This document shows, in pieces, positions 1 through 10,232 of a stretch of DNA of 24,786 bases. Position numbers and translations under genes: made by a program. Origin of the DNA: Octopus sinensis (lineage: Eukaryota); assembly GCF_006345805.1 (NCBI RefSeq), contig NW_021836230.1, positions 1 to 24,786 of the forward strand, given 5' to 3'. Every line of letters starts with the position of its first letter. Within the stretch, counting starts at the first letter, position 1. The notes beneath the pieces were generated by a model, which saw only the letters and a list, made by a program, of their open reading frames with translations, ran no database searches and was not told where the DNA came from.

Positions 1-88
1 ATGAGAGAGCATCAAAATCTTTTAAGTGCTTAGGGCTTCTATGGATCTTAATCTGGTCCTCCTTACAATACAGGGTATTTTATATATA

Positions 89-146
<58 letters not shown>

Positions 147-182
147 CATACCTATAATATTATATATATTATATATATATCT

Positions 183-228
<46 letters not shown>

Positions 229-393
229 GTATAAACTTTAAAAAAAAGGTGTAGTGAATATACAAACGAACAAATACTAAATACACAGGCGAACAGAGAA
301 CACAGAAGGTCACCAACTCCTCATTAGTTATCGACCAGAGGGTCAAACGCAATTTCGGCCATTATCGATAATACTGCTTCCATATTGCTTCAC

Positions 394-557
394 ATATATA
401 TGACGGGCTCCTTTCAGTTTCCGTCAACCAAATCCACTCACAAGGCTTCGATCGGCCCGAGGCCATAGTAGAAGACACTTGTCCAATGTGCCGCGCAGTG
501 GAACTGAACCCGGAACCATGTGGTTTGAAGCATGCTTCTTACTACACACCTACGCCT
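394..557 (-). mobile_element. tRNA-derived octopus-type SINE, family 1 (head)
   Basis: Reverse strand has GTGTAGTAAGAAG...GGTTCCGGGTTCAGTTCC (A/B-box-like) then GGACAAGTGTCTTCTACTAT...GTGAGTGGATTTGG; homologous to copies at 4573, 5565, 5757 and 24510. Confidence 0.85.
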
Positions 558-708
558 ACTTTTCAGTATCCCAGTACAGCTGGACAGAGAAGGAGGTCCT
601 ATCATTCCCTAAACCAAGCGATAGGACTGATAGGGTGCGAATTTTAGATTTTTCAACTGCAAAGCAAGACACTGCTACCTCTTCGCTCAGTGTGTCAATG
701 GGTCTTAC

Positions 709-856
709 CTGATGGCTTGCTTGTATTTTCCCTGCATATAACAGTTAAAACTCATGCTTGTGTAGAGCAAAAGTGTTCGGTATTGAAGACGGCGGGCCTT
801 CAGGATCGGCAAAGCCTTCGTGTAATATTGCATAGCTTCTTTGTAGCCACCGGATT
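709..856 (-). CDS. STAND/NB-ARC-like gene, exon D (TPR repeats)
   Basis: Acceptor ttttatcattcaacag|AA (phase 1, matching exon C), donor ATCAG|GTAAGA (phase 2). Translation (E)SGGYKEAMQYYTKALPILKARRLQYRTLLLYTSMSFNCYMQGKYKQAI, with TPR signatures YxEAxxYYxKAL and GKYKQA. Confidence 0.88.
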
Positions 857-954
857 CTGTTGAATGATAAAACGTCGTTTGCAAATGAATAACTGAATAA
901 TGAACTGCATAAATTAATCAATAAAAGATGTACATACAGATTTAAATATGCATG

Positions 955-990
<36 letters not shown>

Positions 991-1020
991 CATGTATATA
1001 TATGTGTATATATAGGGAGA

Positions 1021-1170
1021 GTTTACGAAAAAAACAAAAGACGAAGACAGGTGGTGTACAAAACAAACAGATATATTAGTATAACGCTCAGGAATAGAAA
1101 AAGACTTTTACATTTCGAGCCTACGCTCTTCTACAGAAAGGGACACAGAAAAAAAAAACAAGGAGAGAAA
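1021..1170 (-). repeat. Second copy of the 10233-10386 repeat
   Basis: gtttacgaaaa...ggtggtgtacaaaacaaac...cgctcaggaatagaaa...tttcgagcctacgctcttctacagaaag. Confidence 0.75.
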
Positions 1171-1343
1171 CAATGAGAGAAAAAAAAGGAGAGAAAAAAT
1201 GAGAGTAAAAAGGAGAGAAAAAAGGAGAGGAGAGAAAAAAAGGAGAGAAAAAAGGAGAGAAACAAGGAGAGAAAAAATGTGTGTAGTAGCTAACGATCTA
1301 TCATGGCGACTGACTCCTATATGTATATACATACATACATACA

Positions 1344-1419
<76 letters not shown>

Positions 1420-1871
1420 CAAATTGGGATTTTACCAACAGGACAACAGCTTCAATTTCAGGACAACCTTATTTTCTGGAGTACACATACAAAGTTATAT
1501 CTAAAATACTAATCTAATAATCATTTTAAAGCCTACTATAACGTACAAGAAAATAAGGTACTGATAATATTAATCAACCCTACACGTGTTTCTGGCCTGG
1601 TGGTTTGGTTTGTTTTTCCAGGCTATACAACTTTACGGAAATTAATAATTTATTGTGAAATTTACCCCTATCAATACTTGTATATATTACCATTATTATG
1701 ACAAAGGTAAGTTAATAATATTTAAACAGTAAAAACCTCTACATATGTTATAAATTTATTTATTGAAATAAACTAGTAAATGAAACTATTTACCACAATA
1801 TATATATTATATATATATATATATAATATATATATATCTATATATATATATATATATTATATATATATATA

Positions 1872-2200
1872 TCTTTATATATAAAAGTAAGGTTGTGTGT
1901 CTGTCTCCTACGATTTAGATTCCTAACTACTCCCACATTTTGCGGTGCAGTTTAACCAAAAACGGGTATCTTATAGTCGTTATTCATATCGAGCCCTTCT
2001 GGGTATTAGCGCGCGTCTACGATGAGTCTACGATTTAAAAAACAATTTACCATAATTTTTCCGTATTTTTAATGCATTTTTACTCGGTTTATATAAGGGA
2101 AATAACTCTCTAAAAATGTATTATTAAATCTCAGAACGTAAAAAGCTACAGTAACACCCCTCTTTGTGGTTAGCCATATTGAGATAGGTGATACTGCTAG
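1872..2200 (+). mobile_element. Non-autonomous Helitron-like element
   Basis: Starts A|TCtttatatataaaag..gtgtgtctgtc and ends ctgCTAG|T, matching Helitron TC...CTRR termini inserted at an AT site. The subterminal hairpin is weak. Confidence 0.55.
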
Positions 2201-2579
2201 TATATATATATATTCATTATATCACTGATAATAATTTTATACACGGAATTCATTGTAAAATTGAAAAGAAAACAAACAAACAAATAAACAAACAATAAAA
2301 AGGTGGGTGCTATTAAACAAGTACAACTTCCGTTGTCTTTCAGAATCAACTATTATATAGAGTGGAGTGAAAGCAGAAAATGTTCTGCTTAGCTCAGAGT
2401 CAGGAAAGCATGAGGTATGTGTGTGTGTGTGTGATATGGCGCCTTTTGCATCTGTTTACGAGGCTAAGATTTAGATATCTAATATTTCATCGTCGTCGTC
2501 GTCATCGTCATCATCGTTATCACTGTTGTTATCATCATCATCATCATCACCATCATCATCATCATCGCCGTTGTCGTCG

Positions 2580-2616
<37 letters not shown>

Positions 2617-3006
2617 TTAGCATCCATGTTCCATTTGCCTGTATGCGTGCGTGTATACACACACACACACACACACACACAGCATATACAAACGCACAAA
2701 CGTATATAAAATAGTTAATTATATGCATGTGTGAGTGTGCGTATGTCTACGTAAACACAATCGCAGAAAAACATATGTATTTACCATGTTGTGTATATAA
2801 TAGTGTTCAGGTTTGTTTTCACGCGATAAACAGTGTTTATATTTATTTACGCGAAGACGTAGGCAGAACACCCTCAAATTAATTTTGTTCTTATACATGT
2901 ATACACTTATATCTTTATCTATGTACGTACGTACGTATGTGACATACGTGTGTATGTATATATGTACGTATATGTGTATGTGTGTGTGTGTGCGCGCGCG
3001 TATATA

Positions 3007-3062
<56 letters not shown>

Positions 3063-3210
3063 GATCTTCTATCTATCTATCATCTATCTATCTATCTATC
3101 TATCTATCTATATATATATAATATATATATTATTGATAAAACGGTAAGATACACAAGAAAGAAAGAGACCTCAATATTATGTAAATAGAGGAAATTTATC
3201 TATATAATAG

Positions 3211-4059
3211 GTTACATTACTCGGTAGTCAAGATAAAACTCTGAGTTCAGATGCCGAAGTGGAAATCCACAACACCATCTCTTCGGTTATCTGGCTATTT
3301 GAAAACGTTATGAAAAAATACGTTAAAATGAAGGGAAATTACTCTTTTATAATCTGCTTTGCCTGCGTACTTATACATCGCTCGCATTTTTCGTCATAAA
3401 AATTATATAAAAATACATAAAAATATATAAAAAATATAAAAAAATATAAAATCTTCTTGGGACATAACACAGAAAGCATGTTCTATCCGTTTTCTTTAGG
3501 GGAGACCAAAACGTAACAGGAATTTAGTCACATGTTGGGCATGATCCGAAAGCTCTGTCCTTGTATTTAGACATGTGGTAGGGTCTAAGCTGCTTTTCCA
3601 GATAAGCCATCTCTCCATGTCGCATAAACCGCACCTTCCGTTTATGCGACATGGATAGATGGCTTATCTGGAAAAGCAGCTTAGACCCTACCACATGTCT
3701 AAATACAAGGACAGAGCTTTTCGGATCATGCCCACATGTGACTAAATTCCTGTTACGTTTTTGGTCCCCTAAAGAAAACGGATAGAACATGCTTTCTGTG
3801 TTATGTCCCAAGAAGATTTTATATATTTTTATATATTTTTATATATTTTATGTATTTTTATATAATTTTTATGACGAAAAATGCGAGCGATGTATAAGTA
3901 CGCAGGCAAGCAGAGTTATAACAGAGTAATTTCCCTTCATTTTAACGTAATTTTTTCATAACGTTTCAAATAGCCAGATAACCGAAGAATGGTGTTGGTG
4001 GATTTCCACTTCGGCATCTTGAAACTCAGAGTTTTATCTTGACTACCGAGTAATGTAAC
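3211..4059. mobile_element. Foldback/MITE-like palindromic element (~419 bp arms, 10 nt loop)
   Basis: gttacattactcggtagtcaagataaaactctgag... is the reverse complement of ...ctcagagttttatcttgactaccgagtaatgtaac. Pairing continues to the loop at 3630-3639. Inverted symmetry extends loosely to 3197-4073. Confidence 0.9.
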
Positions 4060-4333
4060 ATATTGTATAGATATATTATAATATATATATATAATATATA
4101 TACTATATATATATATATATACTATATATTATATTTTATATAAAAGAGAAGTTTGAAAACGCCACTATATAAGATAAATTTTAATTTTCTTAGAAATTTT
4201 ACATGTTTCGCTTCTTCTTGAACAAACGAACCTTATCAAAAATATTTAAAAAGTTAAGTGAAATAAAAAAGTTCGTAATTGTTTCTTACTAGTCTCAACA
4301 GAATCTACGTGGGTTGTTTTTTGTGGGGAGGAA

Positions 4334-4401
<68 letters not shown>

Positions 4402-4572
4402 TATATATGTATAATTATATATATATATATTATATATATATTTATATTATACATGCGAAACGAGACATGCAACATAAAGAATATTCCCCTTCTTCAGTTG
4501 TCCCTGTTTTCATCTACTCCGCGTTTCGAAGTCAAGGAAATATATATATATATATGTATATATTTCCAAGCT

Positions 4573-4700
4573 GATAGTTCCGGCTTCAGTCCCACTGCGT
4601 GACATTTTGGGCAAGTGTCTTCTACTATAGTCTCGGGTCAACCAAAGCCTTGTGAGTGCATTTGGTTGAAGGAAACTCAAAGAAGCCCATCGTATACATA
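4573..4700 (+). mobile_element. SINE family 1, 5'-truncated
   Basis: ttcagtcccactgcgtgacattttgggcaagtgtcttctactatagtctcgggtcaaccaaagccttgtgagtg followed by a (CATA)n tract. Confidence 0.85.
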
Positions 4701-4888
4701 CATACATATATACATACATACACATACACATACATACATACATACATACATACATACACACACGCTCGCGCAAAATTTACAATTTTTTAATTGAACACAA
4801 CATAAACAAGAGATGCAAAAAGAGGGTGTGATGGGAGAGAACGAGAAAAACGTTAAAACGTCGGTGGTCAAAAAAGTCAGCTTCGAAT

Positions 4889-4928
4889 AAGCGGCGGCAA
4901 ATAAGCGGCGGCAAATAAGCGGCGGCAG
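4889..4928 (+). repeat. 14 bp tandem repeat AATAAGCGGCGGCA x3
   Basis: Direct inspection; possibly a DNA-transposon subterminal repeat. Confidence 0.8.
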
Positions 4929-5087
4929 AATGGCCGTGCCAAAATGCCATATAATACCCGATTTAGTTGCTATTTATTATTGCTCCAGCAACATTTTAAA
5001 GGCCCCCCCCCCCCGCTACTTAAGCAGTCAAACTGATATACTAAGTATAAAGGCAATAAAATAGACAGCTACATAGCACTATCTTAC

Positions 5088-5244
5088 CTGGGTAAGCTGT
5101 GAGAGCCCTTCCGTAGATGGCCATCATTAAAGCTTGTTCTTCACGGTTTCCAAAAAGGTAAGAATAGTCCAGACAACCTCGGAAGAAATCTTTCGATATT
5201 CTTGGATAACACAAAGATATTATGCATTCTGCAAGAAGAGCAAT
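5088..5244 (-). CDS. STAND/NB-ARC-like gene, exon C (helical/TPR region)
   Basis: Acceptor ttttttttttacag|ATT (phase 0), donor CCAG|GTAAGA (phase 1). Translation IALLAECIISLCYPRISKDFFRGCLDYSYLFGNREEQALMMAIYGRALTAYP(E). This frame is not in the ORF track. Confidence 0.85.
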
Positions 5245-5284
5245 CTGTAAAAAAAAAAGAAATTTTATATATATATATATGCGT

Positions 5285-5474
5285 ATATTGTTTGCCTGTT
5301 TCAGTCATTAGACTGCGGCCATGCTGGGGCACCGGTTTGAAGAATTTTAGTCGAACGAATCGACTCCGGTACTTATTTTTTAAAGTTTTGTATTTATTCT
5401 ATCGCATCTCTTTTGCCAAACTGCTAAGTTACGGGGACGTAAACACACTAATACTGGGTGTCAAACGGTGGTGG

Positions 5475-5572
<98 letters not shown>

Positions 5573-5727
5573 TGGGCTTCTTCCAGTTTCCATCTACCAA
5601 ATCCACTCACAAGGCTTTGGTGGGCCTGACGTCATAGTAGAAGACACTTGCCCAAGGTACCACACAGTGGGACTAAACCCAGAACCATGTGGTTGGGAAG
5701 CAAACTTTCTACCATAAAACCATTCCT
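5285..5727 (-). mobile_element. SINE family 1, near full length (head, internal TA/CA microsatellite, tail)
   Basis: Head at 5565-5727; tail at 5285-5475 (ccaaactgctaagttacggggacgtaaacac) is the reverse complement of the tail in the 24510 copy. Confidence 0.8.
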
Positions 5728-5756
5728 GCACCACACACACACACACACGCACACAC

Positions 5757-5905
5757 ACGTCGGGCTTCCACACAGTTTTCGCCAACCAGACTCACTCACA
5801 AGGTATTGGTCATCCCGGGGCTATAACAGAATACACTTGCCCAAGGTGTCGTGCAGTGGAACTGAACCCGAAACCACGCAGTTGCGAGTCACATACTTTC
5901 CACAC
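5757..5905 (-). mobile_element. SINE family 1 head, diverged
   Basis: cactcacaagg...acacttgcccaaggtgtcgtgcagtggaactgaaccc matches the other copies. Confidence 0.8.
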
Positions 5906-5965
5906 AATTCTATTCATTCTTTTATTAATGTCATTCTATTCTATTTCCTTCATTATATTTTGCTA

Positions 5966-6110
5966 ATCCACCGAGGTCGATTTTACCTTTCATCCTCTCG
6001 GGGGGGGGGTCGATAAATTAAGTACCAGTTGCGTACTGGGGTCGATCTAATCGACTCCCCCTCCACACTTCCCAAACATTTCGGGCCTTGTGCCTCGAAT
6101 AGAAAAGATT
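5966..6110 (+). mobile_element. SINE family 2-related fragment with a different tail
   Basis: ccgaggtcgattttacctttcatcc...gtcgataaattaagtaccagttgcgtactggggtcgat. Confidence 0.8.
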
Positions 6111-6610
6111 ATATTTTGCTAACACAAACAAACTGTAGATTCCAAGCTGCCTCGTATTTTCACCTATTTAATTAGCTGCCCTATTTCCTATACTTACCTT
6201 CATTCGAGCCTCCTACTTACAATATAATATAATAATATAATATAATATATATATATATTTATATACATATGTACATGTATATATGTATATATTAAACTAC
6301 AACCATTCCTACTTCTCAAAGATTGTATAAGCGATATTTTTTTTTACAAGTGGTCTTTATTAAGATTTTGACACTTTGCCAGATAAGACCGTTGTAACTC
6401 GTAAACACGAATTGCTTCTGCGACTTTATTTAAACCATACGTGTATGCATACAAACATACGTACGTACATGCATACATGCATACATACATACATACATAC
6501 ATACAAGCATACATACATGCATGCATACATGCATACATGCATACATACATAAACATACATACACACATACATACATGCACACATACATACATACACACAT
6601 ACATACATAC

Positions 6611-6786
6611 GGTTACGACGACGAGGGTCTCAGCTGATACGATCAATGGAACAGCCTGCTCGTGAGATTAACGTGCAAGTGGCTGAGCACTCCACAGACA
6701 CGTGTACCCTTAACGTAGTTCTCAGGGAGATTCAGCATGACACAGAGTGTGACAAGGCCGGCCCTTTGAAATACAGGTACAACTCA
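6611..6786 (-). mobile_element. SINE family 3, 3' portion
   Basis: ggttacgacgacgagggtctcagctgatacgatcaatggaacagc...ctccacagac matches 12685-12775. Confidence 0.75.
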
Positions 6787-6882
6787 CTGTCGTCACTTCC
6801 AGTTTCTGTCACAATTTACTTTCATTGTTTTTAGGACGATTTACTTTCACTTTTTTTAATGCATGTTAACCGAGATATTTAC

Positions 6883-7902
6883 CTGGAAGTATATTTTATA
6901 ACTTTCTTCGATGTTTGTAAGGTGAATCCCTTGACGCATGGATTGGCTTATTTTCTCCCAGTTGTCGTTTGCAATTCCAACTGATTCGAACAAAAGTCCC
7001 TTATTGTAGATATCTTCCGCCGTCTGTAAAGCTTTCCCTAGTATTTTTGAATATTTGAGGTAAATAACATCATTACAATATACATGAGTGAAGGACCCGT
7101 TAACATAGCGATACATCACTGATTTAAGCCGTTTACGAGTAAACTGCAACATTATTTGACTGACTTGTTTACCTAATCGAAGTCTTTGGAAATTGATTTT
7201 AGAGATTGTTTTTAAGTTCTCTGTTTGAAAATTTCCTTTTAAACATAATATATTCGTCTGGTTTTGTCCTTGATCTCTGTTGTTTCGTTGTGTTTTTCTA
7301 GGAGTTAAATGCTTTCCTATATGGTCAATCACACGTGAGAATTGGTCGACATTTCCTTCCCCTTGGCACACAGCAAAGCCATCTTTACTGCAGAGGTACG
7401 AACAAATATCTTCTAACGAATATTTCGACAAATGATTTGATAATAATTTAGCAAGAGCTGTGAGCAAACCAGGCCGGAAGTTAGAATAAGCGGTGATAAA
7501 ATCTATGCAAATGTCCGCCTCTTTTGAAACATCAGCTTTGGATATTTGATAGAAAAGCAGACGTGAATCGGAAGCGGTTAGTGGAAGAAGATTGTATTCT
7601 TTCCAAGAAATATCCTTCAACGGAAACGGTTTCCAGTGAGCCATAATGAGAATAAATTTCTTATTGCAATGCGAAGATGAAAAGGAACGAAGGAAATGCT
7701 GAAATTCTTGGTGCCATTTGGGGTTCAACTTGTGGAAATCATCAAAAACGTAGATATTAATGCATTGTTGGTTGCTTTGATTGCTTCCAGAAAATTCTTT
7801 GAACCGTTTCTCTCGAATCGTTTTCCAGTCTTCAGAAGAGAAACTAACAATGTCTAGATGTATTTCTTGAGGATATTTTTCGCGTTTTAATTCATCCAAT
7901 AC
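6883..7902 (-). CDS. STAND/NB-ARC-like gene, exon B (340 aa: Walker B, helical and winged-helix region, start of helical repeats)
   Basis: Acceptor ttttgtctgttttcag|GTA and donor CAG|GTAAAT, both phase 0. Splicing gives GKTYFVKT|VLDELKRE. Walker B INIYVFDDF, RNBS-C-like YNLLPLTASDSRLLF, GLPL-equivalent YSNFRPGLLTALAKLL. No stops over 1020 nt in AT-rich DNA. Confidence 0.9.
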
Positions 7903-8054
7903 CTGAAAACAGACAAAACAAAGAATCACAATTATATTATAATTAATATTATACAATCTATATACTTATATACTTAGAATAAATATAAGAAAAGTTCCGT
8001 CTAATGACGTAATATAACAGGTATGTATGATAATAGCTAGAGTTGGCTTTTTCC

Positions 8055-8144
8055 TCTCTGAAGACGGCGTGGTTAGCTTAAATGGAAATCTTTGCCAATG
8101 ACCTATGCACCATAAGCACAGCTTTCCTAGAAACAGCTGTAAGA
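8055..8144 (+). ncRNA. Hammerhead-like motif with intact core and long, imperfect stem II
   Basis: TCT-CTGAAGA...GAAA-CAGCTG-TA-AGA; same GAAACAGCTG helix III as 19370-19379. Confidence 0.4.
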
Positions 8145-8929
8145 AATCTTATGCATTACTTCTTAATCCCTTATTTACTCTATCAACTCCGTAACTGTTT
8201 AAATCATAAATTACATACTCTAGAATGATGTCACATGTTTTGCTTGTTCATTATTTCTTTTTAATATATACCTTGTTCGTTATTTCTTTTTAATATATAC
8301 CTACATATATTTATTATACATGCACAAGATATTAAGTAAGAAATAATTCTATTTTTTTGTTTTGTGCAGAATTATTTCATTCACCAATGCTCAGAGATAA
8401 ACATATGCACATACGTAAGAGCAGAAGGGCTCTATTGCTGTTGTCAACGAACATAAGTTGTATACATACATGCTGACAGCGACCGTAAATAGCCGGAAAG
8501 CGGAGAGCGGGATATCCCTTTTCCGTACAGTTTCAGCTTTAGACCGAAAGTCTCATCAGAAGGGTCGGCAGAAATCGGTAGATTCCGGACAAACATCGCC
8601 ACGAAGATATATGTCCACTCCATAAAAATTTATGGATGATTTAGCGAATCGCTAATGTGTATACAAATAATTAACTGAGACAGCTAGTTTGTAGGGTTTC
8701 ATCAAAAACGAAAGCAAAAATTGTCATCAAACATGACTGAGGGTATTAGAAGATCTACACTGCTAGAAATAAGAGCTGAAGGGCTTCTGTTGCTGTTGTC
8801 AATGCACATATACATACATGGTGGCAGCGAGTGTAAATGGCCGGAATGTGGCGATTGTGATGTCCCTTTTTTCTTTTTTAGGTGGTGGTGTGTTTGTTGC
8901 AGTATGTGTGTATATATATATTATATGTA

Positions 8930-9230
8930 TACCACTACCACCACCACCACCACCAAAACTACCAAAACCACCACCACTACCATCACTACCACTACCACCG
9001 CCACCACCACCACCACCACCACTACCATCACCATCACCACCACCACCAAAACTACCAAAACCACCACCACCACCAAAACCATCAAAACCACCAAAACCAC
9101 CACCACCACCAAAACTACCAAAAACCACCATCACTACCAATACCACCACCGTCACCAGCACGATCACCATGACTACTAACACACCACCACACCACCACCA
9201 CCACCAAGCCCCTCCACCACCTGCATCAAC
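8930..9230 (+). repeat. Compound (CCA)n/(CCAAAA) microsatellite in intron A-B
   Basis: Direct inspection; source of the Gly-, Pro-, Thr- and His-rich ORFs. Confidence 0.95.
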
Positions 9231-9272
9231 TAGTGACGTCATAGGTGTCGTCTGCCATTTTCTCTTGCTTAC

Positions 9273-9461
9273 CGTTTTAACAAAGTATGTCTTCCCGATG
9301 TGTGGAAGTCCGTAGATTTGAATGAGGGCGACATCTTTTTGTAAGAGAAAGCGTTTCAATGTTGCTCTCTCTTCGTTTCGTCCGATAAAGACTGGTGGAG
9401 ACGGCTTCATCTTTTCTTTTTCTCCTTTTGGCCCTGCTGCTGTGTCTGTTTCTAATGACAT
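9273..9461 (-). CDS. STAND/NB-ARC-like NTPase-TPR gene, coding exon A (NTPase start and Walker A); 5' boundary uncertain
   Basis: Reads MSLETDTAAGPKGEKEKMKPSPPVFIGRNEERATLKRFLLQKDVALIQIYGLPHIGKTYFVKT. Contains the PPVFIGRxxE motif typical of NB-ARC starts and Walker A GLPHIGKT. Donor ACG|GTAAGC at 9273/9272 (phase 0). Likely acceptor ctctttcatctag| at 9496/9495. Confidence 0.85.
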
Positions 9462-9499
9462 CAATCATGTAAGACAGACGGCGGCTGAGAACATTCTAG

Positions 9500-10012
9500 A
9501 TGAAAGAGAAAGGTATAAAGAATAATAGTGTGAGTGAGGGGGAGAGAGGGGTATTAGAGAGAAAGGGAAAGAGAAAGAGAGGGGAGAAAGGGGGAGAAAG
9601 GGGAGAGAAAGAGGGAGAGAGAGAAATAGACAAGGTAGACGGCGAAATATAGAGACAGAAAGAGAGAGATAGATGAGAAAGAGAGAGAGAGACAGATATA
9701 AAGAGATATACAGAGAGAAGGAGAGATAAATTGAAAGAGAGAGAGTGAGAGAGAGACAGAGACAGAGAAAGACCAACAGAAAGAGACAGAGAGATCAATA
9801 GAGAGAAGGAGAGATAAATTGGGAAAGAGAAAGAGTGAGAGAAAAAACAAACAAGACAGAAACAGCAGAATATAGTGAGAGAAAGAGAGAGCGATTGAGA
9901 GAGAAAAAGAGAGGCAGAGAAGAAGGAGAGGGCGATTGGGAGAGAAAGAGAGAGAGGAAGAGACAGAAGGAGAGAGCGATTGAGAGAGAAAGAAAGAGAG
10001 GCAGGACAGAAG
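9500..10012 (+). repeat. GA-rich polypurine/polypyrimidine tract (~500 bp)
   Basis: Direct inspection. Confidence 0.9.
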
Positions 10013-10232
10013 GAGTGCCAAGCGTTGGGGAACATACACAAAACACAAACACAAAACACACACAAGCGCGCGCGCGTACGAAATATGGAGTAGATAGACA
10101 GCCAACAGCTGATGGGGGGGGGGCTTTCTCTGTGTTTACTTGTTTTGTTTTCCATTTTTCTCTCGTTGTTTACGTATTCCATGTTACTTGCGCCGTTGGT
10201 GACGTCCTTTACTCATATATGCATGTGTACAT

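Noticed and set aside
560-660. Possible next exon after exon D
   Set aside because: The acceptor tttgcag|TTGA gives an immediate stop in phase 2, and others run into a SINE. The 3' exons are probably outside the window or unrecognised.
3524-3811. 95 aa ORF
   Set aside because: Lies across the centre of the foldback palindrome; no recognisable motif.
4470-4545. Permuted (type II-like) hammerhead on the minus strand (GAAACGCGGA ... CTGAAGA)
   Set aside because: Stem I does not pair and the cleavage U is missing; at most a decayed fragment.
8510-8565. Minus-strand CTGATGA-GAC-TTTCG-GTC-TAAA motif
   Set aside because: G12 and the NUH site are wrong and helix III cannot be formed convincingly.
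8799-9272. Glycine-rich tail of the 221 aa ORF (apparent P-loop plus Gly-rich protein)
   Set aside because: It lies past a consensus donor (ACG|GTAAGC) and is a (CCA)n microsatellite; the NTPase continues in phase at 7902.
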